NCBI GenBank assembly: GCA_945921635.1
Contig: CAMEKZ010000001.1
Location: forward strand, 1 to 41,707
Reading direction: 5' to 3'
Length of the DNA: 41,707 nt
Source of the DNA: an uncultured Clostridia bacterium
GTDB taxonomy: Bacteria; Bacillota; Clostridia; Oscillospirales; Ruminococcaceae
Shown here one piece after another: positions 27,581 to 37,065 of the stretch. The notes under the pieces are model-generated. The model did not search any database. It was given only the letters and a program-made list of their open reading frames with translations, and was not told where the DNA came from. The position numbers and the translations under genes were made by a program. Position 1 is the stretch's first letter. Every line of letters begins with the position of its first letter.

Positions 27581-28714
27581 TTATATTTTAAACAATTTTG
27601 TTTTCAGCAGCAGGGCTGTTATCAATGCCTGTAAAGGTACGGTCAGTACCACGCCCAGCGTTCCGCAAAGGCCGCACACAAGCTCTATTATAATAGAGTT
27701 ATACCCCATAATCTGCAAATACGGCATTTCGTATGAATAAACAGTCAGCAGCACTCCGGTTGCCGAGCCGGTATATGCCAGTATAAGCGTGTTTGTCATC
27801 GTACCCATCATATCATGACCGACCCGCATACCCGAGGCAAACAGCTCTTTTGATGTAAGAGTGGGCGCTTTGTCGTATATTTCCTTCATAGCCGCGATAA
27901 CCGACACGCTTACATCCATAACCGCGCCGAGTGAGGAGATGAGTATACCGGCATACATGATGCCCGATACGTCGATTCCCACGTTGTCCGATATATACAC
28001 CATGGATTCGACATCACTCATGTTGAACCCGCTGAGATTTGACGCTGCACCCGCGATAAGCGCCGCAAGTCCGGATATAGTCACGCCGCCCGCTGTGCCT
28101 ATTATCGCACAGAGCGTTTTCGCCGACCAGCCGTTTATAATGTATATCGAGCCGATAAGGATAACGACCGCGGATAGGATAGCCGCGAGTATACCGTTTG
28201 TTCCGATATAAATAAGCGGTATGTACATACATATTATACATACAAACGTAAAAATCAGCGCGTATAGCGCCGCCGCACCCTTTTTGCCGCCTATCAGTAT
28301 CAGCGCAAGCGCAAAAATTCCAATCAGGATATATACCATGCCGGTTCTGTCATAATTATATACCGAGCCGGTCAGCACCCCGCTTTGGTCATACTCGACC
28401 AGAGCTATTATTTTTGTACCGGGATAGCACAGCGCTCCCCTCTGATATGAATTTGAGTTTACAAGCGTGCATTGCTCACCCGCATACTTTCCGTCTGTGA
28501 TAGTCACAAGCACCCTTTGTGTGCCCGCAAACGCCTGCGATGAGGAGTTGTCCTCGAGCACCTCGTCTACGGTAGCTCTTGCGTATTCGGCGCGGTTTTG
28601 CGCGCCTATCGGCTTTATGCTTATAAACGAAGCTCCGATGATGATGCAAAGGAGCACCACCATCGGAAGAATCATTCTCAGCAGCCGTTTTAGTATATCT
28701 TTTTTCAGCCGCAT
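27581..28714 (-). CDS. YibE/F family membrane protein
   Basis: YDR, AGILISSLGAVMDVSVSV, ELFASGMRVGHDMMGTMTNTLILAYTG, GTLGVVLTVPL motifs. Confidence 0.92.
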   Translation of the reverse strand: MRLKKDILKRLLRMILPMVVLLCIIIGASFISIKPIGAQNRAEYARATVDEVLEDNSSSQAFAGTQRVLVTITDGKYAGEQCTLVNSNSYQRGALCYPGTKIIALVEYDQSGVLTGSVYNYDRTGMVYILIGIFALALILIGGKKGAAALYALIFTFVCIICMYIPLIYIGTNGILAAILSAVVILIGSIYIINGWSAKTLCAIIGTAGGVTISGLAALIAGAASNLSGFNMSDVESMVYISDNVGIDVSGIMYAGILISSLGAVMDVSVSVIAAMKEIYDKAPTLTSKELFASGMRVGHDMMGTMTNTLILAYTGSATGVLLTVYSYEMPYLQIMGYNSIIIELVCGLCGTLGVVLTVPLQALITALLLKTKLFKI

Positions 28715-28727
28715 ATTCTATTGTTCC

Positions 28728-31700
28728 TTACTTCGTTTTGCGTCCGCCGCGTCTGCTGTAAACGGTCAGCACAGCGCACGCGCCGAGAGCAGAAATTCCT
28801 ATCAGTGCAAGAGGAATTGTCACAGCCTTTACGCCCGTGTCGGGGTTAGTACTGTTATCTTCTGATGTTGTACTGCTGTTGTCTTCAGAGGTTGTGCTGT
28901 TGTTATCTTCGGGGGTTGTGCTGCTGTTATCTTCGGAGGTTGTGCTGTTGTTATCTTCGGAGGTTGTGCTGCTGTTATCTTCGGAGGTTGTGCTGCTGTT
29001 GTCTTCGGATGTTGTGCTGTTGTTGTCTTCGTTTTCGTTCGGCGCTTCCGCAGCCTTTACAGTAGTAAACTCATAAGCTTTCGTCAGTAAAATTCCCGCG
29101 TCCTCATTTGTTACAACCGCATACCACATATAATCGGTTTCTGCGTCAAGTCCGTCAAGATTAAGTACAGCAGCGCCGTTTTCAACCTTTGCCGTGCCAA
29201 TCTTCTCTCCGGTGTAGATATAAGCCGAGAAGCTGTTTTCGAGTATCGACTGCTCGCTCGTGTTAAAGCTTACATCCAGTATCATCTTGTCGATAGCTAT
29301 GTCGCTTGCGCCCTCAACGTTAAGCTTTGCAACCTCTGTATCGTCATAGAAGTTGTAATCATCAAGGCAGGGAGAATAGGAGTTCATATATATCTTGTTG
29401 TTGTCAAGGTCAAAGTAGAGGAACTTGATATACTCGCTTCCACCCTCAAAGCCGGACTGATAGTCGGTGCATATCTGATATACCGTTCTTTCCTTTACTC
29501 CGTCACCGTTATCATCAAACATTGCGGTTTCGTAGGACGAGCCGTGATAGTGACCGTTGAGCACCGCGAAAACGTTGGGGTTCTTTGCTACTACCTCTTT
29601 CTGTATAAGCTGACCGTAATAGTCGAGCAGCGTGTCCGAGCTGTATTTTACATTAGCATAGGTGTGGAAGCAGAGTATAGCCTTGCGGTCGCTGTACTGC
29701 TGTATAACCTTGTTCATCCAGTCGATTTCTTCCTGATAAATATTCCAGCTCATGTATACGATGATGAAGTCCTGCCCGCCCTCGCTGATAAGGTCATAGT
29801 GACCCGTATTGTTCTTGTAAGAGCCGCCGTAGGTAGGCTGAGATGCAAAGCGCTCCTCGCCGAAGTATGTGAAGTAGTTTTCATAATCCGCAAGACCTGC
29901 GGCAACATCGTGGTTCCCGCCGAGCACGCCGTAGGGCATACCCGCATCGTCGAGTATCTTCATCGCTTCGTCTGCGTTTTCCCACTCGTAAATCATGTCG
30001 CAGTCGTCTACTATGTCGCCTGTGTGGATTGTGTATTTTATCTTCATTTCCTCTGCGTTATCAACAATCCACTGATTCATGTTGAGGAAGTGGTGCTGCC
30101 ATTCCTCGGCATAATACTGCGTATCGGTCTCCCACGCAAAGCAGAAGTCATAATCCTCAGGTGAAGTATCACCCGTCCAGCCTGCGTTTACATCCTTTTT
30201 TCCGTCTGTCTGTACATCGAGGTCGGGTAAAGCCGATTCTGCCGTGCACTGAACGATAACAGTTGCCTTTCCGTCCTTGATATGGTTTTCTGTATCGAAC
30301 GCCGCATTCTTTACAGAACCCTCGGCGTCTGCCTTCGCGATTATATCCCATTCTCCTGTCGCGGTATTGAGTACGAACATCTTCGCCGCGCGGGTGTTGT
30401 TTGTATCGGAAAGCTTACCGTCCCAGTTTACGACGATTTGGTCATTTTTGCCCGCTTCTTTGACATCTATAGTGTACTGAATGTAGGGGAGAATACCGCT
30501 CTTGTTATCGGTCGAGATTCTTGTCGCTTCGATTTTTTCCGCCTTATAAAAATCCGCCTGCGTACCTGTATTGCTTTGTACTTTAAGATAAAGCTTTGCC
30601 GTAGTGTCGGATATATCGCTTGCCCCCACATCGGAAAGCACGATAGCCGCGTCACTCACCGTAATGGTTACGGTTTTTGCGGTATAGTTTCCTGCGGCGT
30701 CCTCGGCATATACCGAGAGTGTGTGCTCGCCCTTGCCCAGAGCATAAGCAGTCGTGTTTAACGGAAGTGTAATCTGCTCGCCGTCAAGCTCCGCGGTAAA
30801 TTTATCAATCGTGCTTGCGTCGCTTGCCTGCGGGTCGATTGTGATACTGCCCGACAGCTCGCTTTTGTCCTCTATGCCAAGGTCAAGCACGGGAGCGGTG
30901 TTGTCTGCGTAAAAGCTTACGGACTGTCTGCTGCTGCCGTTTGTTACAAGAACAGTATGCTTTCCGTCAGAGAGCGCTGTGGTATCAAGCTGTACTCCTA
31001 CTGCGTTTACATCGCTTGCCGGTACAGAAAAGCTTACATCCATATAGGGGCACATAGCGGTCGAGTCGCCTATGCTGTGTACCGCGGTATAATCGGTACT
31101 GAGGTTTGTCTTTGCGCTTGTTTCCGCGTCATCGGGACCTATTGCCGTGGGATAATATGTCCTGCCGTTAATGAGCCTTAACGCAAGCTCGGTCACGGTA
31201 AAGTCCTCTCTGTTTGCGTCGGGCATCAGATATTCATCAACGGTAGCGCCGTATGTACCAGCCCAGAAGCGGAGCGTTACATCGTACGAATCGGTTGCCG
31301 CATTGTACTTAAAATAGCTGTTGTCAATTTGTATAGCCTGACCGTCAAGGATTGTATACTGCCACTTGCCGATAGGTGCGATTATCTCATCTTCGGTGGT
31401 TGTAACGGCATTTTTAAAATAGCTGTCTCTGCCGTCGGCGTGGAAGGTGAAATATGCGCCGTCCTCAAGGCAGGGGACTGTATCCTGCTTTACTCCGTCA
31501 ATATATATTTCGGAATTTGCGTTATCGCTTCCGTCATTTGCCGTAACAGTAACAACACCGCTTACTTTTTCGCCCTCCGCAATATTTGTGCGTATACCCG
31601 AAACATCGCCGAGCTTGTTTATATCAACCCTGTATATCGGGCTCAGCGTACTGCGGTATCTGTTATCCGCGCTTACATAAAACTCAACATAATCATGTGA

Positions 31701-33263
31701 GAAAATCTCATCAGCGGATATAAGCACTTCATAAAGATCAGGCACACGTCTGCTTGCCTCGGTATTGCTGTACCACTTGCCCTCGCCGTCAAAGCGGTAG
31801 TAGGTAGTAATACCGGTGCGGGGCAGAGCGCCCGTCTGCTCAAAATAGAAGTTTACGCGTATCTCCTCATTCTGCATAACAGAGGTCGGCACGGCATCGT
31901 CAAGCTGTAATTTAAGAGCCGAGCCGTCGTCCTTTACATAGACGTACTGGCTGTAATCCACCAATCCCATTGAGGTCGTGACATTTGCGCCTGTCAGTAT
32001 CATCTCCGGACCCTCGGGATTTACCGAAAGCACGGCGGATTTGTTATCCTTGCAGTCGGTAGCGCCGACATAAGCGTAGGACGATACCAGAGTTTTTCCG
32101 CTTTCACCGAGCTTGTATATCTGGAACGAGCGGTTTGTGTTGTTAAGTCCGTTCTGATTTATGAAAACATAAACCGGTACAGAGTCGGGGATATTGTACG
32201 CCGCGCGGAACTCTTCCTCGGTAGGAAAGCTTGTATATCCCGAAAGCGTGTCCTTTCTGAAGCACCACAGCACCGCTGTGCCACCTGCGGGTATCGTGCA
32301 TCCCTCGGACGAAAACTCGCTTGTCTCTCCGTCCTGATAGTGATAGAGTGTAAGCGGCTTTGCCGAACCCTCTTTTACTCCGTACACAATGCTGTAATCC
32401 TTATTCAGGTCTACCGTGCCGTCGGTGGTATTGATTACCTCGATACACTCCATATAGTCATCTGCAGTACCGTATGCCGTGCTTCTGCTGACATCGTTGG
32501 GTCTTACCTCGGTTAAATATACGCCCTTTGCGTACTCCTCATCGGGCACGTTTGCCTGTACCTGTCCGTTAAGCTGTGCGGAATATACATATCCTGCCGA
32601 AGGCAGATTCATCTCTCTGTATACCTGCATATCGCTGCCTATATCCGGGACTTTGAGCGTAACCGAAAATCCGTCCATGGTGTCAACCTTGTCGGTCGCG
32701 GTAAATGTTGACACTACCTTACCGTCCGTCTTGCTCTTTATAGTAAAGGTAGATGTAACACCCCAGTTTACTCCGCATTCAATTTTGAGAACAACTGCGT
32801 CATCGGGTACGCGCATTTCCTCGCGGAACTCCGCCTCGGTAGGTATAGCCGATGTAACATCACTGCGATAGTTCCACAGCACAACTGCCTGACCCTTGTT
32901 TATTTGTATGTCGCTGTTTCCGCTCATATCGGTTACGGTAAGGGGCGTATCACCGTAATAGATTTCATATAAGTCGTTGAGCTTAATAGGCTGTTCATGC
33001 GTGCTTGTGACCTCAATAAATTCCATAAGGTCTGTCGTGCTTGTATAGGTACGGATAGCCGAATATCCGCTTGCCGCACGCTTGTCATTCTTTTTACTTC
33101 TGTCTACATCATTCTGGTAGATTTCTGTCAGCCAGAGTCCCTCGCTGTTGAATACCGGCGAACTTGCAGGCTCTGCTGCGGCATTAGTCAGAGCAAGCGG
33201 TGCATAGCCGTCAAGCATAACAGCCGCCGCAAGCAATCCAGCCGCAATTTGTTTTACTTTCAT
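28728..33263 (-). CDS. Large sortase-anchored calcineurin-like metallophosphoesterase with lamin-tail-like and Ig-like domains (YvnB-like)
   Basis: Signal peptide MKVKQIAAG...; two LTE(I/V)...E(F/C)IEV lamin-tail-like repeats; intact motifs TDTQ, TGDIVD, GNHD, FH, GHYH; NPDTG, TM helix and basic tail. Confidence 0.88.
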   Translation of the reverse strand: MKVKQIAAGLLAAAVMLDGYAPLALTNAAAEPASSPVFNSEGLWLTEIYQNDVDRSKKNDKRAASGYSAIRTYTSTTDLMEFIEVTSTHEQPIKLNDLYEIYYGDTPLTVTDMSGNSDIQINKGQAVVLWNYRSDVTSAIPTEAEFREEMRVPDDAVVLKIECGVNWGVTSTFTIKSKTDGKVVSTFTATDKVDTMDGFSVTLKVPDIGSDMQVYREMNLPSAGYVYSAQLNGQVQANVPDEEYAKGVYLTEVRPNDVSRSTAYGTADDYMECIEVINTTDGTVDLNKDYSIVYGVKEGSAKPLTLYHYQDGETSEFSSEGCTIPAGGTAVLWCFRKDTLSGYTSFPTEEEFRAAYNIPDSVPVYVFINQNGLNNTNRSFQIYKLGESGKTLVSSYAYVGATDCKDNKSAVLSVNPEGPEMILTGANVTTSMGLVDYSQYVYVKDDGSALKLQLDDAVPTSVMQNEEIRVNFYFEQTGALPRTGITTYYRFDGEGKWYSNTEASRRVPDLYEVLISADEIFSHDYVEFYVSADNRYRSTLSPIYRVDINKLGDVSGIRTNIAEGEKVSGVVTVTANDGSDNANSEIYIDGVKQDTVPCLEDGAYFTFHADGRDSYFKNAVTTTEDEIIAPIGKWQYTILDGQAIQIDNSYFKYNAATDSYDVTLRFWAGTYGATVDEYLMPDANREDFTVTELALRLINGRTYYPTAIGPDDAETSAKTNLSTDYTAVHSIGDSTAMCPYMDVSFSVPASDVNAVGVQLDTTALSDGKHTVLVTNGSSRQSVSFYADNTAPVLDLGIEDKSELSGSITIDPQASDASTIDKFTAELDGEQITLPLNTTAYALGKGEHTLSVYAEDAAGNYTAKTVTITVSDAAIVLSDVGASDISDTTAKLYLKVQSNTGTQADFYKAEKIEATRISTDNKSGILPYIQYTIDVKEAGKNDQIVVNWDGKLSDTNNTRAAKMFVLNTATGEWDIIAKADAEGSVKNAAFDTENHIKDGKATVIVQCTAESALPDLDVQTDGKKDVNAGWTGDTSPEDYDFCFAWETDTQYYAEEWQHHFLNMNQWIVDNAEEMKIKYTIHTGDIVDDCDMIYEWENADEAMKILDDAGMPYGVLGGNHDVAAGLADYENYFTYFGEERFASQPTYGGSYKNNTGHYDLISEGGQDFIIVYMSWNIYQEEIDWMNKVIQQYSDRKAILCFHTYANVKYSSDTLLDYYGQLIQKEVVAKNPNVFAVLNGHYHGSSYETAMFDDNGDGVKERTVYQICTDYQSGFEGGSEYIKFLYFDLDNNKIYMNSYSPCLDDYNFYDDTEVAKLNVEGASDIAIDKMILDVSFNTSEQSILENSFSAYIYTGEKIGTAKVENGAAVLNLDGLDAETDYMWYAVVTNEDAGILLTKAYEFTTVKAAEAPNENEDNNSTTSEDNSSTTSEDNSSTTSEDNNSTTSEDNSSTTPEDNNSTTSEDNSSTTSEDNSTNPDTGVKAVTIPLALIGISALGACAVLTVYSRRGGRKTK
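28848..29030 (-). repeat. 24-bp coding tandem repeat (EDN[N/S]STT[S/P], 7 full units plus a partial)
   Basis: Visible in DNA and protein just before the NPDTG motif. Confidence 0.95.
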
Positions 33264-33372
33264 TGGATTTTTCCTTTCAGAAATTATTTTGTGCTTTAAT
33301 GCTACATATTTCATTTTAATCTCCGAATGTCAAATCCGAAAGCAGACAATTGTAAATGAAAAGTAAAATATA

Positions 33373-33395
33373 AAGCCCCCGCAAAGCGGGGGCTT
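33373..33395 (-). terminator. Intrinsic terminator
   Basis: AAGCCCCCGC-aaa-GCGGGGGCTT followed by TATATTTT on the minus strand. Confidence 0.85.
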
Positions 33396-33431
33396 CGATA
33401 AACAACTATTGCTTATTTCTCTTCAAAGAAA

Positions 33432-34310
33432 TTACTTTCTCTTCTTAGAAACAACGATTGCGCCTGTAGCGAGAACTGCTACGCCTGCAACTACTGCAAG
33501 GCTCTCAACACCTGTGTTTGTGTTGGGCTTTGTAGAATCGCCTGTTGTAGGAGCGTCAGTAGGCTCGTCTGTAGGCTCGTCAGTAGGCTCGTCTGTAGGC
33601 TCATCTTTAGGCTCTTCAACAGGAGCAGCACCGCCTACTGTAGCAACACCCTTTTCATCAAAAGAAACGAGTGCGTTGCCGGAAGCGTCCTTAACTACAA
33701 CGCTTACAACCTGCATCGGGCACATGCATGAACCCCATTCCTGAATAGCGAGCTGTACGCAGCCTGCGCCGCTTGAAGGAATAACAGAATCAGGGAATTC
33801 AACTGTTGCTGTGTATGTATAGTCGCCTGTCTTTACAAACTGTGCGGGCTTAGCAGGGTCAATAGTCTCAAGACCGAGATCTTCATCGATAGTACCCCAG
33901 TACTCTAAACCTGTCCAGTTCTTAACATCAACAACCTTCTTGTTGTAGGTTTCATCAACGGCATCACCGTAAACGTCAGCATAGTCACCACCGTTTGACG
34001 AAAGAACGATACCGCCGCCGAAAGCTGCATCAAAGAAATCGAGATCGCCTTCTTCAACTTCTACTGCCTTGATTGTAACTTCGGCAGACTTGATAGCCTC
34101 AACATCAATACCGTAGTTTACAGCAGGCTTGTTTTCTTCTTCATTACCTTCGTTGAAAATCTGAACGAGCCACATACTTGCATCTGAGCTCAGACCGGGA
34201 TCAGCATCTGCTACGGGTACAGGTACAAGGCAGTTAGCGCTTGCAGATACTGCTAATGTAGCAGCAAGTGACGAAGCAGCAATGCCAGCCATGATTTTTC
34301 TTAACTTCAT
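33432..34310 (-). CDS. Secreted cell-wall-anchored protein of unknown function
   Basis: Signal peptide ending ASA, acidic aromatic-rich domain, EPTD linker, NTNTG plus hydrophobic helix plus KKRK. Promoter TTGACA-17-TAAAAT at 34414-34386; AAGGAGG RBS. Confidence 0.85.
   Translation of the reverse strand: MKLRKIMAGIAASSLAATLAVSASANCLVPVPVADADPGLSSDASMWLVQIFNEGNEEENKPAVNYGIDVEAIKSAEVTIKAVEVEEGDLDFFDAAFGGGIVLSSNGGDYADVYGDAVDETYNKKVVDVKNWTGLEYWGTIDEDLGLETIDPAKPAQFVKTGDYTYTATVEFPDSVIPSSGAGCVQLAIQEWGSCMCPMQVVSVVVKDASGNALVSFDEKGVATVGGAAPVEEPKDEPTDEPTDEPTDEPTDAPTTGDSTKPNTNTGVESLAVVAGVAVLATGAIVVSKKRK
33555..33614 (-). repeat. 12-bp coding tandem repeat (EPKD, then EPTD x4)
   Basis: GTC(A/T)GTAGGCTC units on the plus strand. 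Confidence 0.9.
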
Positions 34311-34516
34311 GGGAAAGTCCTCCTTAAAAAATAAAAAACATTGTTTTCAGTTCTGTCACACATAATTGTGCAACTTTACACAAATATTTTACCATTTGAT
34401 CACATCAATGTCAATGTACATATTGCCTAAAAACTGCTTTGCTTTTTTGTGCAATGGTGTTAACATTTTGCGAATTTTTTTAGCTTATTTAAGTAAATTT
34501 GCGCTTTTAAACAATA

Positions 34517-34744
34517 TTAAAACTCATCTTCCTCGTCTCTTGCGTTCCAAAGCTCTACAAGGCGCTCCATTTCCTCTTCGGTAAGTGAGATGCCCTTTCC
34601 CATACGGCTGTGGTCGGGTGCCCAGGAGCGTATGTCGTATTTCGGCTCGCGGTCGTTCCAGCTTACCATATTAAGCTCGATGTTGTATCGTCCCTCGCTG
34701 ATAACGCCCAGCTCCTTTGTTATTTCGTACTTGAATTCTGCCAT
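34517..34744 (-). CDS. YdbC / PC4-like ssDNA-binding protein
   Basis: MAEFKYEI...ELNMVSWNDREPKYDIRSW...MGKGISLT. Confidence 0.93.
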   Translation of the reverse strand: MAEFKYEITKELGVISEGRYNIELNMVSWNDREPKYDIRSWAPDHSRMGKGISLTEEEMERLVELWNARDEEDEF

Positions 34745-34772
34745 TCTGTCATTCTCCTTTTTCCTTTTTCGT

Positions 34773-35492
34773 TTATTTTGTTTTTTCGGCTTTCGGCTTT
34801 TTCACCTTTGCAAGCCGTGTATCATCAGCGACTGTCACGCTGTCAAATAAGCAGTGATAGCGCGGAGGTATGAGTTTGTTTATGTGGCGCTTTCCGAAAT
34901 ACCACATCTTAAATTTCGTATTTTCGAGGATTTTGTCGAGATATGTATTTATATGGTTGCGGCTTATTGTGCCGATGTCGATAAACTCGCTCAGCCGTGC
35001 GGGCGGCTCATAGGTGATTATAAAATCGGCGCTGTTTCCGTTCTTTTCAAGGTTTTCAAGTCCCAGAGCAAGCTCCTCATCGGTCGGCAGCTCCTTTATC
35101 CAGTTTTTCTCCTCATCCGGCTCGAGATACGAGCCGTTTTCCTCGCTCTGTCCGCCGCCGAAGGTGAATATACGCTTTTCGGCTATTGTATAATACTGCC
35201 CGCGCATAAGCTGGCGGAGGTTGCCGCTGATATGCCGCGTCATACCGCCGCACCACTCCTCGGTAGGATATTTTTCGAGCAAATCAAAATTCTCGTGCAC
35301 ACCCTCGACAAAAAGCACATCGTACTTTTTGCTTCCGAGCTTTTTCAGCAGGCTTTTCTCCTTTTTATCACCTTTCCAGATACAGCCGAAGTCGCCTGTG
35401 ATAATCAGCGCGTCGCCGCGCCCGAGCTTTTTCAGCACTGGCGATTTAAACCGCGACAGGTCGCCGTGCAAATCACCGGTAACGCAAATCAT
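34773..35492 (-). CDS. Calcineurin-like metallophosphoesterase fold protein with degenerate active site
   Basis: TGDLHG and TGDFG are intact, but GVHE replaces GNHE, TYEPP replaces THxxP and FGKRH replaces FGHxH. Confidence 0.85.
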   Translation of the reverse strand: MICVTGDLHGDLSRFKSPVLKKLGRGDALIITGDFGCIWKGDKKEKSLLKKLGSKKYDVLFVEGVHENFDLLEKYPTEEWCGGMTRHISGNLRQLMRGQYYTIAEKRIFTFGGGQSEENGSYLEPDEEKNWIKELPTDEELALGLENLEKNGNSADFIITYEPPARLSEFIDIGTISRNHINTYLDKILENTKFKMWYFGKRHINKLIPPRYHCLFDSVTVADDTRLAKVKKPKAEKTK

Positions 35493-35540
35493 TATATAAA
35501 GTCTCCCTTCCGGATATGTAAAATCTGTAAAAATAACTTG

Positions 35541-36263
35541 TCAGCGCAAGGCTCCCGCCGCGCCCGCTTTGTCAGTATCTGACGCGCCGGACGGCGTAAT
35601 CTGCCAGTCGATAGGCTCTATGCCGTTTGCAGTGAGGAAATTATTCACCCTTGAAAAATGGCGGCAGCCGAAAAATCCGTTGTATGCCGACAGCGGGCTC
35701 GGATGCGCGGCGGTGAATATCCCGTGCCTTTTATTTGTGATAAGCGGCATTTTTGCCTTTGCATTGCTGCCCCATAGTATAAAGGCTATCGGCGTTTCGC
35801 GCTCGTTTAATAATGAGATTATCCGGTCGGTGAGTATCTCCCAGCCCTTGCCGCGGTGACTGCCCGCCATGCCCTCTCTTACCGTCAGCGAGGTGTTTAG
35901 CAGAAGTACCCCCTGCTTTGCCCAGTCGGTAAGACAGCCGTAGCTTGTATCTACCTTTATATTAAGGTCGCTTTCCAGCTCCGCGTATATGTTTTTCAGC
36001 GACGGCGGCGGTACAACTCCCGGCTGTACCGAAAAGCAGAGTCCGTGCGCCTGCCCCGCGCCGTGATAGGGGTCCTGTCCGAGCAGCACCGCCTTCACCT
36101 TGCTGTAAGGGGTATATTTCAGCGCGTTGAAAATGCAGTCGGCGGGCGGATATACATTATAATTATTATATTCGTTTACAAGAAAGCGTCTGAGCTTTTT
36201 ATAGTATTCACTTGAAAACTGGTCGGAAAGAAGCTCGTCCCATTCGTTGCCGATATTTACCAT
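35541..36263 (-). CDS. ung: Uracil-DNA glycosylase (family 1)
   Basis: LGQDPYH, PPSLKNI, GVLLLN, SHRGKGWE, HPSPLS. Start MVNIG at 36263. Confidence 0.98.
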   Translation of the reverse strand: MVNIGNEWDELLSDQFSSEYYKKLRRFLVNEYNNYNVYPPADCIFNALKYTPYSKVKAVLLGQDPYHGAGQAHGLCFSVQPGVVPPPSLKNIYAELESDLNIKVDTSYGCLTDWAKQGVLLLNTSLTVREGMAGSHRGKGWEILTDRIISLLNERETPIAFILWGSNAKAKMPLITNKRHGIFTAAHPSPLSAYNGFFGCRHFSRVNNFLTANGIEPIDWQITPSGASDTDKAGAAGALR

Positions 36264-36276
36264 TATACTTACTCCC

Positions 36277-37065
36277 TCATATCCCGTGCGTCCTCGCATA
36301 GTCAAAAAGATACTGCTGTGCTATGCCCTCCGCACCCTTTATGCACTCGGGCAGGCCGTCGGGGTACAGCTGTGCCACTACCCGCTTTATCCACACATCG
36401 CGCGGAAAAGCCTCGGTTTTGTAATAGCCGAACAGCAGTACGCAGTCGGCAACCTTGTCACCCACGCCCTTGATTTTCTTTAATTCCTCTCTGCCCTGCT
36501 CATAGTCCATATCGGCTATGGCGGAAAGGTTTACCTCGCCGCTCTCGAGCTTTTGCATCGCATCGGCTATGTACTTTGCGCGAAAGCCCGCGCGTAGCGG
36601 CGCCAAGTCCTCGGCGGTTATGCCGTAAAGCTGTTTTTCGGTCGGGAAAAGATAACCGAACTCCCGCTTTTCTCCAAAGCTCTCGCAAAGCCGCTCTATT
36701 ATGCCGGTTATGCGCTTTATGTTGTTGTTCTGCGATATGATAAAGCTTATCAGCGTCTCAAAAGGCTGCTGGCGCAGGATGCGTATTCCGCTTTTTTCGG
36801 CGCACGCCTCTTTTAAATACTTATCCTCGGAAAAGCGCCCGATAAGCGCGCCGTAGTCGGTATCGAGGTCGAAATAATTGCGCCAGAACGGTATGTCCCC
36901 GCTCTCGCAGTACAGCGTTATTTTTTCTCCGTCGGCTCTGAGCGTCAAATACTTATCCCCGACAATCCCGCTGAACACGCCGTCCTGCTCGCGCCAGCGG
37001 AAAGCCTGCCCGCAGAAAAGTATCTGACGGGGGTCAAAGTTCTTACATTCAAAGGTATATTCCAT
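36277..37065 (-). CDS. ogg: 8-oxoguanine DNA glycosylase/AP lyase (Ogg1 family)
   Basis: CGQAFRW, GIRILRQQPFETLISFIISQNNNIKRI, HhH IKGVGDKVADC, FPRDVW, AQQYLF. Confidence 0.93.
   Translation of the reverse strand: MEYTFECKNFDPRQILFCGQAFRWREQDGVFSGIVGDKYLTLRADGEKITLYCESGDIPFWRNYFDLDTDYGALIGRFSEDKYLKEACAEKSGIRILRQQPFETLISFIISQNNNIKRITGIIERLCESFGEKREFGYLFPTEKQLYGITAEDLAPLRAGFRAKYIADAMQKLESGEVNLSAIADMDYEQGREELKKIKGVGDKVADCVLLFGYYKTEAFPRDVWIKRVVAQLYPDGLPECIKGAEGIAQQYLFDYARTHGI

Noticed and set aside
28848-29030. CRISPR-like array, or Cys-rich/Leu-rich plus-strand ORFs
   Set aside because: Units are contiguous with no unique spacers and encode the linker of the minus-strand protein; the plus-strand ORFs are shadows.
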